NCBI GenBank assembly: GCA_038231455.1
Contig: JBBRLI010000017.1
Location: 1 to 64,000 of the forward strand
Length of the DNA stretch: 64,000 nucleotides
Source: Vulcanimicrobiales bacterium
Lineage (GTDB): Bacteria; Vulcanimicrobiota; Vulcanimicrobiia; Vulcanimicrobiales; Vulcanimicrobiaceae
Reading direction: 5' to 3'
In this document: positions 47,537-57,159 of the stretch, one piece after another
Layout of the letters: each line of letters begins with the position of its first letter
Position numbering within the stretch: the first letter of the stretch is position 1
Notes under the pieces: generated by a model
Seen by the model: the letters and a program-made list of their open reading frames with translations, nothing else
Told to the model about the DNA's origin: nothing
Database searches by the model: none
Program-made: the position numbers and the translations under genes

Positions 47537-50301
47537 TCGCAAGCGTCCGATGCCCGAACCTTGTCGGTCGCGCGAGCGAGACGGCCATCCTCAGAGAACG
47601 CTTTACTCAAGCCGAACACGGGAGCGGCTCGATCACGTTCGTCTCCGGCGATGCCGGGATCGGAAAAACGCGGCTGATCGGCGATTTTTTACAATCAGCC
47701 GAGCTTCGAAAGATGCCTCGCGCGATCGGCTACTGCATGGAGCACGCGCGCTCGCCGCTCGCGCCGCTCTCCGACATCGTCTGGTCGCTCACCGACGAGC
47801 ATCCCGAGCTCCTTGCTGACGCACCGATCACGCGGCGCGTGCTCGCCCATCTCGTTCCCGGTCTTGCGACCGATAACGATTCATCGATCGCCCCCTCGGA
47901 TGCGCGAGCGCAATACGCGGCACTAGCCGATCTCTTACGACGAGCTGCCGAAAAGCGCCCGGCGATCGTCGTCATCGAAGACGCGCAGTGGGCCGACCTC
48001 ACGACGATCGACTTCCTGACGTTTTTCGCAAGTCGTGTCGGATCGACGCGCGTTATGCTGATCGTCATGCATCGTCCCCTTTCGGACCGGCCCGATCCGC
48101 TCGCGGATTCGTTCGCGCGGATGCGCGCGAATCACAACGTTCACGCAATGAACGTCCGACCCCTCATGATTGGTGAGATGAGAAAGCTTTCCGAACTCGC
48201 TCTGGGTGAGAATGAAAAGCTCTCCGACGAACTGCTCCGAAAAGTCCACGAACTTGCCGACGGTAATCCGCTTTTCGCAGAAGAGCTCTTAGGGACCGCG
48301 CTCAGTTCACCGGCGGGCACCGTCTCGCTGCCCGCATCGCTGCGCACGCTGTTTCTCGATCGGTTCAGCGGCCTCGATCCGGACGATCGCGAAACGTTGA
48401 CGGAAGCTGCCGTGATGGGACGCTCGTTCGATCCGGCGTTTCTTGCACGACTCACCGGAAAGCCGATCGAACGCGTCTTACGGACGCTGCGCACGGCGCG
48501 AGAACTCCAGCTTGTCGACGACGAAGGTGAAGGCATCGTCTTCCGGCACGCACTCGTGCGAGAGGCGCTCTATGCCAGCTTGCTGGGCGCGGAAGCTCGA
48601 CGTCTGCACCATCGGATGGCCGAAGAACTGGAGACACTACCCGAAACGTTGAGCCGGACGTTTGCGCTTGCCTATCACTGGTGGTCGGCGCGTGAGCCCG
48701 TGAAAGCATTCGAGGCAAATTCCATCGCGGGCGAGCGCGCGATGAAGCATTTGGCGACGACTGACGCAGCGACATTCTTCGAACGCGCCCTCTCATGTGC
48801 ACCTGATGAGGGCGATACTCGAGCGCAGATCGAGTGGCAACTCGGAGCCGCGTCCTTTGCCAGCGGTTTTCCGGAGCGAGCCACCGCTGCGTACAAACGT
48901 GCACTCGACTACTACACGAATCTTGGCGATATGCGAAAAATCGCGGAAGTATCGCTCGAACTTGGGCGTAATAATGCGGCTCTCGGTCGAGGTGACGAGT
49001 CTCTCGATTGGCGCATGCGTGCCGTCGAAGCGACCGAGAATGTCGATGATGACGCGTTTCGGTATACCGTTTACGCACATCTCGCGTTCTGGCTTTCTAT
49101 TCGCGGTGAAACGGAACTAGCCCATGACTACGTTACGCGTGCTCGCGCGACCGGGGTTATGGCATCGCTTGCCGCGCGACTCGACCTCGGCGAAGCCGAA
49201 GTGATCTCGCATTTTCTTACCGGTGACATGGATCAAGGCGAAACGTGCTTTCGCGAACTCACTGCGGTCATCAGCGCCGAGGGTACGGCGACGCAGATCG
49301 TACGCCTTTACGCAAACTATGGCTTTCTGAACGGCGTTATCGGCAACATCAAAACGGCCCTTGAAGCGGTGGAGTATGCACGCAGTCGCGCTGATGAATC
49401 GCTCGGAATGGGATACCAGATCAGCCTACTTGCAACGCTCGGAATGCTTTCCGTCAAGGTGGGTAAAATTTCCGAGGGACGTGCGCATTTCAAGAGTGCC
49501 GAACAGCTCGTGGCAACACTCGGACAGACCTCGACGCGCTGGACGTCGACCCTAACGCAACTCGGTCTGGAATTAGCGATGCGTTTCGCGGGTTCTGCAA
49601 CATTCGAACGCACGACCGAACTCTCGATTCTCGAAGAGGCGATCAATTCGCGCGAGCACATTTGGATGTCCGAGATCTCCGCAGCTTTTGCCGGTGCTGC
49701 CGCGGCACGCGGTGAGATCGACCGGGCTCGCGCGATCGTAGCGCGCGTGCTTGCCTTGTACGCGCAAGCGCCGATCGTTCCGGCGCTCGCGCTCGTCGCG
49801 GCAGAATTCGGTACGACGGAAGACACCGCTCGCGCGACGTCACTCTTCGACCTGTGGCCCGCTGGCATCCGACCCATTCGCGCGTATCGAGCGCTCTTCG
49901 ATGCGTACATCGCCCGCCGCGCGGGGCGCGCGTATATCGGCTTGGCGACGGATGCAGCGCAACGATTCGAAGCTCTCACGCTCCCGATCTTAGCCGCACG
50001 GGCGTATGAAGTTGCCGGGGATGCCGCACGCGCGCTTGCGATCTACGAAGCTCACGATTGCACGGGTGATATCGAACGCATTCGAAACGGCGGAGCGCCA
50101 AAACGGCTGCGCGAACAGTCGCTCAGCGCACGCGAACTCGAAGTTCTCCCGCACGTCCTGCGCGGCCGTTCGAATGCGGAAATTGCCGGCGTCCTCAACA
50201 TCAGCGAACGCACGGTCGAAAGTCACGTTCGCTCGATCCTCTCCAAACGCGGCGTGAAATCGCGGCTTCAACTGGTGAGTGACGACACCGGCGGCGGCTA
50301 G
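47533..50301 (+). CDS. large ATP-binding LuxR-family regulator (AAA_16/STAND + TPR + LuxR HTH), copy 1
   Basis: LVGR..E, Walker A GDAGIGKT, Walker B VIEDAQWAD, GNPLFAEE, FRHAL.RE, C-terminal LSARELEV..GRSNAEIA..LNISERTVESHV; ATGA overlap with the methyltransferase. Confidence 0.93.
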   Translation: MIASVRCPNLVGRASETAILRERFTQAEHGSGSITFVSGDAGIGKTRLIGDFLQSAELRKMPRAIGYCMEHARSPLAPLSDIVWSLTDEHPELLADAPITRRVLAHLVPGLATDNDSSIAPSDARAQYAALADLLRRAAEKRPAIVVIEDAQWADLTTIDFLTFFASRVGSTRVMLIVMHRPLSDRPDPLADSFARMRANHNVHAMNVRPLMIGEMRKLSELALGENEKLSDELLRKVHELADGNPLFAEELLGTALSSPAGTVSLPASLRTLFLDRFSGLDPDDRETLTEAAVMGRSFDPAFLARLTGKPIERVLRTLRTARELQLVDDEGEGIVFRHALVREALYASLLGAEARRLHHRMAEELETLPETLSRTFALAYHWWSAREPVKAFEANSIAGERAMKHLATTDAATFFERALSCAPDEGDTRAQIEWQLGAASFASGFPERATAAYKRALDYYTNLGDMRKIAEVSLELGRNNAALGRGDESLDWRMRAVEATENVDDDAFRYTVYAHLAFWLSIRGETELAHDYVTRARATGVMASLAARLDLGEAEVISHFLTGDMDQGETCFRELTAVISAEGTATQIVRLYANYGFLNGVIGNIKTALEAVEYARSRADESLGMGYQISLLATLGMLSVKVGKISEGRAHFKSAEQLVATLGQTSTRWTSTLTQLGLELAMRFAGSATFERTTELSILEEAINSREHIWMSEISAAFAGAAAARGEIDRARAIVARVLALYAQAPIVPALALVAAEFGTTEDTARATSLFDLWPAGIRPIRAYRALFDAYIARRAGRAYIGLATDAAQRFEALTLPILAARAYEVAGDAARALAIYEAHDCTGDIERIRNGGAPKRLREQSLSARELEVLPHVLRGRSNAEIAGVLNISERTVESHVRSILSKRGVKSRLQLVSDDTGGG

Positions 50302-50305
50302 CGCG

Positions 50306-53059
50306 ATGATTGCAAGTATTCGCTGCCCCCGGCTCGTCGGGCGAGCTGAGGAAACGGCGCTTCTGCGCGCGCGCCTCGGCGAAGCGGATCTCGGCGTCGG
50401 CTCCCTCACGTTCATCTCCGGTGATGCGGGTATTGGGAAGACGCGGCTGATCGCCGATTTTCTCCAACTGCCGGAAGTTCGGCGTATCCCGCGCGCGATC
50501 GGATACTGCCTCGAACACGCTCGAGCACCGCTAGCGCCGCTTGCCGATATCGCGTGGTCGCTCATCGACGAGCACCCGACGATTCTCGATGACGCCCCGA
50601 GGACGCGAGGCCTCCTCGCACCGCTCGTCCCGAACATCGCCCCCGATGAGAACCTCGCCGGCGGAAGCAAAGACGTGCGTTCGCAATACGCGGGGATTAT
50701 CGATCTCTTCCGACGCGTTGGCGAGATTCGTCCGCTCATCATCGTGATCGAAGATGCGGAGTGGGCGGATCTCTCGACCGCCGAATTCATGAGCTTCTTC
50801 GCCACGCGACTCGCTCGAATGCGCGTGGTCATGCTCGTGCTCCACCGGCAGGTTCGTTCCCGCGAGGGAACGCTCTCGACCACCCTTGCACGCGTTCGCT
50901 CGTATCGTAACGTGCACGCGATCAACCTCGAGCCGCTCTCGATCGGCGAGATGCGCCAATTCTCAACCCTTGCACTCGGCTCGATCTCGATGATGTCCGC
51001 AACGACGCTCGAACGCGTTCACGAACTTGCCGACGGCAATCCGCTCTTTGCCGAAGAGTTGCTCGGAACGGCGCTGGGGTCGTCGGGTGACGCGCTGCCG
51101 GATTCGCTGCGCTCGCTTTTTCTCGACCGTATCCGCGACATCGATGCCGAGGACCGCGAGACGCTCACCGAAGCGGCGGTCATGGGCCGATCGTTCGACC
51201 CGACATTCCTCGCGCACCTCACCGGGCGCCCGATCGAACGGATCTTACGAACCCTCCGTCGCGCGCGCGAATTGCAGATCGTCGACGACGACGGTTCGGA
51301 GGTCGTCTTCCGGCACGCGCTCATTCGCGAGACCCTCTACGCGAGTCTGATGCGTGAAGAAGCACGCCGCCTGCACCGGCGGATGGCGGAGGAGCTCGAA
51401 CGTCTCCCTGAGTCGCTCTCACGCATTGCCGCGCTTGCCTATCACTGGTGGGCTGCGCGGGATTCGCGGAAATCATTCGATGCAAACGTCCTCGCGGGCG
51501 ATCGTGCTGCGGCCCAATTTACGACCGCCGACGCCGTGATCTTCTACAAGCGCGCTCTGGCAAGCACGCACATCGCGGAGCCGACGCGAGCCGAAATCGA
51601 GTGCAAGCTGGGCCTCGCGGCATTCAGCAGCGGGTTTATCGCCGATGCACGCGCGGCCTATACGAGCGCTCTCCAGACGTATCGAACGCTTGGCGACCTG
51701 CGGGCGATCGCACTTGCGTCGATGGAGCTCGGGCGGCAATACGCGGCACTTGCGGACGGCGAAGGGTCGATTGCGTGGCGGACGGCGGCAATCGCGGCAG
51801 CCGAAGAATACGGGCAAGATCCGCAGCTGCTACGCACGACGATTTCGCACGCGGCATTTGCGCTCGCGACGCAGGGAGACCTGAGGCGTGCTCAAGCGCA
51901 AATCGCGCGAGCTGAGAAGATCGCATGCGACGATTCAATCGGCGCCCGTATCGATCTCGACGACGCCGCAATTACGTGCGAGGTCTTCACCGGACGGCAC
52001 GCCGAGGCCGAAAAGCGTTTTGCGGCCTTGAGCATCGCCGCTGACACCGCAGCGACATTGCAGCAAATCGTTCGGATCTATGGCAACAGCGCGTCGATCA
52101 ATGAGATCTGTGGCGAAATCGATCTTGCTTGCGAGCGCGGGAGAGTCGCCGTCGATCGATGCGAACGCGGAATTACGCCCGGATACCATGTCATCGTCTT
52201 AGGCGTCTTCGGAATGGCGCTTATGAAAGCCGGCGACCTGCGCGGATCACACCATCAACTCGAGTACGCGCAATCGATTGTCGATGGATACGGGCAACAC
52301 GCAACGCGGTTTACCGCACCACTGACGTCGCTTGGGATCCGTTTAGGCATTCACCTCGGCAATATGTCGATGATCGATCGATTTTGTGTGCCGGACGTGC
52401 TCGAAAACGCGTTTAGCTCGCGCGAGCATGTCTGGAGCGCGAATGTCATCGAAGCGTTTACTCGCGCGGCGCTCGCGCGGGAAGATCCCGAGACGGCGCG
52501 AGCGATCTTGACCCGGTCCGCGCGAGCGCATTCGGATGCGCCGATGACTCCCGACGTTTTTCTCCTCATGGTCGAGTTTGCGCCGCAAGACGAAGCGGAA
52601 CGGGCGCTGGAACTCTTTGCTCGCTGGCCCGATCGACGCCGCGCGATCGGCGCCTATGCGTTACTCGGAGAAGCGATCCGCTTGCGTCGAATCGGCAACG
52701 CGCACGCAAGTCTTGCACGTGATGCCGCCGCACAATTCCAAGCGCTACGAATGCCGCTCCTCGCCGCTCGCGCACTCGAGGTCTGCGGTGAATCCGCGCA
52801 AGCGGTTCAGATCTACGAGCGCCTTGGTGCGCAAGGTGACGTCGCTCGATTGACCCGGCGCAAAAACAGCGCGCCAGACGGTCGGCTGAGCGCCCGTGAG
52901 CGCGAAGTGCTCCCCTATGTCGAGCAGGGGCGTTCGAATGCGGAGATCGCGCAGATCCTCAACATCAGCGAACGGACGGTGGAAAGCCACGTCCGTTCGG
53001 TTCTTGCCAAGCGCGGCGTGAAGTCGCGCTTGCAGTTGATGCACTTAGCTGAGGGCTGA
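50306..53059 (+). CDS. large ATP-binding LuxR-family regulator, copy 2 (tandem paralog)
   Basis: Same motif set as copy 1 (MIAS.RCP.LVGR, GDAGIGKT, VIEDAEWAD, LuxR HTH); starts 4 bp after the copy 1 stop. Confidence 0.93.
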   Translation: MIASIRCPRLVGRAEETALLRARLGEADLGVGSLTFISGDAGIGKTRLIADFLQLPEVRRIPRAIGYCLEHARAPLAPLADIAWSLIDEHPTILDDAPRTRGLLAPLVPNIAPDENLAGGSKDVRSQYAGIIDLFRRVGEIRPLIIVIEDAEWADLSTAEFMSFFATRLARMRVVMLVLHRQVRSREGTLSTTLARVRSYRNVHAINLEPLSIGEMRQFSTLALGSISMMSATTLERVHELADGNPLFAEELLGTALGSSGDALPDSLRSLFLDRIRDIDAEDRETLTEAAVMGRSFDPTFLAHLTGRPIERILRTLRRARELQIVDDDGSEVVFRHALIRETLYASLMREEARRLHRRMAEELERLPESLSRIAALAYHWWAARDSRKSFDANVLAGDRAAAQFTTADAVIFYKRALASTHIAEPTRAEIECKLGLAAFSSGFIADARAAYTSALQTYRTLGDLRAIALASMELGRQYAALADGEGSIAWRTAAIAAAEEYGQDPQLLRTTISHAAFALATQGDLRRAQAQIARAEKIACDDSIGARIDLDDAAITCEVFTGRHAEAEKRFAALSIAADTAATLQQIVRIYGNSASINEICGEIDLACERGRVAVDRCERGITPGYHVIVLGVFGMALMKAGDLRGSHHQLEYAQSIVDGYGQHATRFTAPLTSLGIRLGIHLGNMSMIDRFCVPDVLENAFSSREHVWSANVIEAFTRAALAREDPETARAILTRSARAHSDAPMTPDVFLLMVEFAPQDEAERALELFARWPDRRRAIGAYALLGEAIRLRRIGNAHASLARDAAAQFQALRMPLLAARALEVCGESAQAVQIYERLGAQGDVARLTRRKNSAPDGRLSAREREVLPYVEQGRSNAEIAQILNISERTVESHVRSVLAKRGVKSRLQLMHLAEG

Positions 53060-53827
53060 GGTCGTGAAGAGCTCGTTCATGATCGGCGAGGGGTCCGTGC
53101 CGTACTCCGTGCGTACCGCGGTGCGGTAGCGACGGAACTGATCGACGGCCGCGGCCGTTTTGCCTAGACGCTGAAGCGCTTTGATCGCAAGCTCGCAGGC
53201 TTGTTCGCAGCACGGATCATCACCGAGCAGCGTGCGTGCGATGTCGGCAGCTTGCACGGCGTCGCCGCGTTGCAGCAGATGTTCACCCACTTCGATTGCA
53301 AGGTCGAAGCCCATCGTTGCGAGGCGCGCTTCGATTGAAGAGAAGTACGCGCTCTCGAAGAGTGGTTGGGTACGGCGGGTGCGCAGCCGGTCCGCGATCT
53401 CCGCAAGATCCAGCAGTTGTAGCTTGGAGAGCGACTCGAAGCGACCGCGGGCGGCGATAATCTTCGCTTCCATCTCAACGAGGTCGACGCGGACGTGGTC
53501 GCCCAAGCGGTAGCCGTCGCGATCGCGCAGGATCGTCGTGTAGCCGAGCTTCCGGCGCACGCGGTGGATGTACACCTTGACGGCGACTTCGCCGCTGGGC
53601 GGTGCGCCATCACCGTAGATGATGTCGAGCAGGCGCGTCGCCGAGCCCGGCTGACGGTCGAGGGCCAGCGCGGCCACGATCGCGAGTTCGCGCTTGGTGA
53701 GCAGCATGTCGCGGTCGCCAAGGGTCACCCGGCGGTCCAGGAGGGAGACGCGCACGGTCCGCTCGGGTAGCGGCGCAGCGGCTTGGGAGAGGTCGATATC
53801 GGCGGTGATCGTTTGCGTCATCATCAT
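53045..53827 (-). CDS. SARP/DnrI-like regulator (winged helix + BTAD)
   Basis: LTKRE, VKVYIHRVRRKLG...I.....GYRL, VD..E, DP..E.A....I.AL...G....A...F.....E.G..PS. Confidence 0.88.
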   Translation of the reverse strand: MMMTQTITADIDLSQAAAPLPERTVRVSLLDRRVTLGDRDMLLTKRELAIVAALALDRQPGSATRLLDIIYGDGAPPSGEVAVKVYIHRVRRKLGYTTILRDRDGYRLGDHVRVDLVEMEAKIIAARGRFESLSKLQLLDLAEIADRLRTRRTQPLFESAYFSSIEARLATMGFDLAIEVGEHLLQRGDAVQAADIARTLLGDDPCCEQACELAIKALQRLGKTAAAVDQFRRYRTAVRTEYGTDPSPIMNELFTTSALS

Positions 53828-53861
53828 GGCCTAAGGCTAGCGACCGCCACCCCGAGGTGCC

Positions 53862-53893
53862 ATCAGTACCACCACTGATTTTTCAGTACCGAT
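53862..53893. promoter_or_regulatory. putative LuxR-type operator in the BTAD/msrB divergent region
   Basis: Inverted repeat ATCAGT-accacc-ACTGAT (53862-53879) plus a second CAGTACCGAT (53884-53893). Confidence 0.45.
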
Positions 53894-53909
53894 AGCGAAG
53901 AGCCGGTAC

Positions 53910-54305
53910 GTGAAAAATACGGAAAAGACCGACGCCGAGTGGCAAGCGACGCTGAGCCCCGAAGCCTACGCCGTCCTGCGCAAAGGCGGGACGGAACGAG
54001 CCTTCAGCGGCAAGCTCTATCACCTCGATGCCGATGGGAGCTACCACTGCGGCGCCTGCGATGCCCCGCTCTTCTCCTCAGAGGCGAAATACGATAGCGG
54101 CTGCGGCTGGCCGAGCTTCTACGCGCCCGAAGAAAGCGAGCGCATCGAGTACATCACGGACAGCTCCCACGGCATGGTCCGCACGGAAGTGCGCTGCCGG
54201 GCCTGCGGCTCGCACCTCGGCCACGTCTTCGACGACGGCCCGCAGCCGACGGGCCAGCGCTACTGCATCAACTCCCTCTCGCTGAGCTTCACGCCCAAGC
54301 CTTAG
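53910..54305 (+). CDS. msrB: peptide-methionine (R)-S-oxide reductase
   Basis: [43 protein letters not shown]. Confidence 0.97.
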   Translation: MKNTEKTDAEWQATLSPEAYAVLRKGGTERAFSGKLYHLDADGSYHCGACDAPLFSSEAKYDSGCGWPSFYAPEESERIEYITDSSHGMVRTEVRCRACGSHLGHVFDDGPQPTGQRYCINSLSLSFTPKP

Positions 54306-54316
54306 GCCGGTGGCTC

Positions 54317-55639
54317 CTAGACCGGCGCGATCGATTCGGCTGTCGGGTGCTCGGGGTCGAATCGCGCGCGATTTTGGGTGCGCTCGTACGTGCGCTGAGC
54401 GGCGATGCCGTCGGGCAGAATCGCGTCGATCGCATCGTCGACGGTGACGATGCCGAGCATGCGACCACGATCGTCGACGACGGGAACGGCGTGGAGATCG
54501 TAGCGCGCTACGATCGCTGCAACATCGGCCGCCGGAGTGCCGGCGCGCACGCTGACGATCTGGGTGTTCATGAGTTTCTCCACGAACGCCGTCGGCAATC
54601 CAACTAAGAGCGAGCGCAGCGAGACGACCCCGACCAGCCGCTCGTTCTCGTCAATCACGTAGAGATAGTAGATAAACTCTTTGGCGCCGACGCGGTCGCG
54701 TAGCGACTTGATCGCGGCGACGGTGGTCACGTGCCCGGCGATCGTGACGAACTCGGTCGACATCATGCTGCCGGCGGTTCCGGGAACGTGTGCGACGAGA
54801 TCGCGCAATTCTTGCGCATCGGCCGGTTCCATGTGCGCGAGCAGCGTCTGTTGCTGCTGGTCCGAGAGTTCGCCGAGTAAGTCGGCAGCATCGCTGCTCT
54901 GCATGCCACCGATGATCTCCGCTGCGCGCACGGCGGTCATCGATGCGATCAGCTCTTGCTGCTTCGAGCGGTCGAGGTATTCGAGGGTGTCGGCGGCAGT
55001 TTCGTCGTCGAGCGCGTGCATCACGTTCGAGGCGTCATCGCTCGAGAGCGTGTTGATGATGTCGGCGAGTTCGCTTGGATGCATCTGCGGCACCGCCGCC
55101 TCGCCTTCCGGTAAGCGTACGGTGAGCGCTTTGCCGCTCATCACCACGATGTTGTCCCACGAGACGAGCACGCGCGGCAGCCGATCGAGCATCGGGGCGG
55201 GGATGGTCTTTCCCACCATGCGGCGCACGAGACCGACCACGCCGACGTCGGCTGCGACGATGCGTAAGCCGCCGGCCATATCGCGCACGACTTCCAGATC
55301 TCCAATTCGGACGCTCACGCGCTTGTCGATATCGGCAATCGAGCGGTCGAGTAAATTCTTCACAACATAGAGTGCGAGCGATTCATCGGGCAGCGTGCTG
55401 CTCGGCGCGACCGCAAGACGCACGTCGCCTTCACCCGTAATATCGAGAACATCCGAGACCGGCGCAAAACGGCGTTCGCTCCCGACCTCGACGACGATGC
55501 CGGTGATAAAGGGAAATTTGTCGTTTGGCCGTTCCACCACCACGTCGACGATTTTGCCAAGCGGAATGCGCAGATCGCCACCTTCGACGAAGACGGCGTG
55601 ATTGATGATCTGCGAGAGAAAGCGGTCGGTGAAATTCAC
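54317..55639 (-). CDS. MgtE cytosolic-domain protein (PRC-like + MgtE_N + CBS pair), no transmembrane domain
   Basis: MHP.ELADII, D.AADLL, TAG.MM.TE, YLYV.D...L.GVVSLR, YDL.A.PVVD...GIVTVDD. Confidence 0.85.
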   Translation of the reverse strand: MNFTDRFLSQIINHAVFVEGGDLRIPLGKIVDVVVERPNDKFPFITGIVVEVGSERRFAPVSDVLDITGEGDVRLAVAPSSTLPDESLALYVVKNLLDRSIADIDKRVSVRIGDLEVVRDMAGGLRIVAADVGVVGLVRRMVGKTIPAPMLDRLPRVLVSWDNIVVMSGKALTVRLPEGEAAVPQMHPSELADIINTLSSDDASNVMHALDDETAADTLEYLDRSKQQELIASMTAVRAAEIIGGMQSSDAADLLGELSDQQQQTLLAHMEPADAQELRDLVAHVPGTAGSMMSTEFVTIAGHVTTVAAIKSLRDRVGAKEFIYYLYVIDENERLVGVVSLRSLLVGLPTAFVEKLMNTQIVSVRAGTPAADVAAIVARYDLHAVPVVDDRGRMLGIVTVDDAIDAILPDGIAAQRTYERTQNRARFDPEHPTAESIAPV

Positions 55640-55641
55640 GG

Positions 55642-57159
55642 TCAGCGCGGCACGCCATCGTAGAACGCGTCAACGTCGCGTTTCATCGCCGCGAGCTGGT
55701 CGTCGATGAGATACACCATGTGTCCCGAGGGATAGTAACCGTAGGTGATGTGCGAACGCAACGCCTCGGGTAACCCGACGTGCGCGAGCGAGTACTCCGT
55801 TGCGAAGAACGGCGTTGCAAGATCGTAATACCCGTTTGCACTAAAGACGCGCAACAGCGGATTTTTCGTCATTGCCTGGCGCAAATCGTCGACGACTGAT
55901 GGTGCGAGAATGGCCCGCGCTCCGCGACGAAAATTCCAATTCGGACTTACGAACGGGTAGTTGGTCGGGAAGTAGATGGCATCGGTCTGCCACTTGAGTT
56001 CGTCGTGTGCGTAGGCGTTGAAGGCGGCGGTGTACGGTGCGGTGATCGCTGCGTCCGTCGCGTCGTATTCGGTCGATTCGCCATTCTGATCGCCATCATA
56101 CCCAAGATACCGACCGTCGAGCCGACCAACCGTGCGACCCTGGTCCCGCATCAATTCTTTTTCGAATTGACCTGGTTGCAAACGTAATCCGCTGCGCACG
56201 AAGTACGCGGCGCTCAGGCCCGTGTAGCGATGGAGTTTCTCAGCGAGCGCCGCCGTTTCACTTGCATTCGGCGCCGGCACGCGCATGAGTGCGGGCGCGT
56301 ATTCCGCCTGGGCGAAACGACGCACTTCCGCGAGAAAAGCGGGAAGGCTCGCGGGTTTATTCGGGACGCGGTTGTGATACCACGCAACCGCCGCCTCGGT
56401 GGGTAAGAAAAACACATCGGACTGCACTTGGCCGCCCGATCCCGCGATGAGCGTTGCATAATCGAGCACGGTCGAAAGCAAAATCACGCCGGTAAACGCC
56501 ATGCCGTGATTTTGCAGCGAGTTGACGAGATTTGCCGAGCGCGTCGTGCCATAGCTCTCGCCGAAGAGATACTTCGGTGAATTCCAGCGATCGTTGACGC
56601 CAACCCAGCGGCGCACGAATTGATCGTATGCGCGGACGTCCTCATCGACGCCGAAAAAATCGGCGGGTTTCCCTTTGCCTACGATCGTCGAGTAGCCGGT
56701 TCCGACCGCGTCGATGAAGACGATGTCGGATTTATCGAGGACCGTGCTTTCGTTGTCGGCGATCCGGTACGGCGCGGGCGCCGTCGTCTGACCGTTCGCC
56801 GTGACGACGCGGCGCGGTCCGAACGACCCCATGTGCAGCCACATCGATGACGAGCCGGGGCCGCCGTTGAAGGCAAATGTCACGGGTCGGTTGTGGCCGC
56901 CGTCGACCGTATAGGCGGTGTAGAACATGCTTGCGATCGCATCACCGGCATCGCTGTGCAACAGAAGCGTACCCGCCGTGGCCGTGTACGCGACGTCTTT
57001 GCCGCCGAGTTTGATCGTATGATGTGTCACCGACGTGCGTTCGCGCGGCGTCGCCGCAGCGGGGGAAGCTGAGGGCGCCGATGTGGGCTCGCTTTGCGCG
57101 AGGACGGGCGCCGCAGCCAACAGGAAGAGCGATGCGGCGAGTGCCGCGGAACGCAGCAC
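55642..57159 (-). CDS. S10 family serine carboxypeptidase, exported
   Basis: FNGGPGSSS, D.VGTGYS, GESYG, GYYDLATP, GHM.Y. Confidence 0.93.
   Translation of the reverse strand: MLRSAALAASLFLLAAAPVLAQSEPTSAPSASPAAATPRERTSVTHHTIKLGGKDVAYTATAGTLLLHSDAGDAIASMFYTAYTVDGGHNRPVTFAFNGGPGSSSMWLHMGSFGPRRVVTANGQTTAPAPYRIADNESTVLDKSDIVFIDAVGTGYSTIVGKGKPADFFGVDEDVRAYDQFVRRWVGVNDRWNSPKYLFGESYGTTRSANLVNSLQNHGMAFTGVILLSTVLDYATLIAGSGGQVQSDVFFLPTEAAVAWYHNRVPNKPASLPAFLAEVRRFAQAEYAPALMRVPAPNASETAALAEKLHRYTGLSAAYFVRSGLRLQPGQFEKELMRDQGRTVGRLDGRYLGYDGDQNGESTEYDATDAAITAPYTAAFNAYAHDELKWQTDAIYFPTNYPFVSPNWNFRRGARAILAPSVVDDLRQAMTKNPLLRVFSANGYYDLATPFFATEYSLAHVGLPEALRSHITYGYYPSGHMVYLIDDQLAAMKRDVDAFYDGVPR

Noticed and set aside
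47533-53059. Avs/STAND anti-phage defence system
   Set aside because: There is no nuclease, TIR, SIR2 or protease effector; the C-terminal LuxR HTH marks these as transcription regulators.
34399-57159. M61 and S10 peptidases as borosin maturation proteases
   Set aside because: Both are exported, lie outside the operon, are separated from it by housekeeping genes, and are common in this type of genome; the link is unsupported though not excluded.
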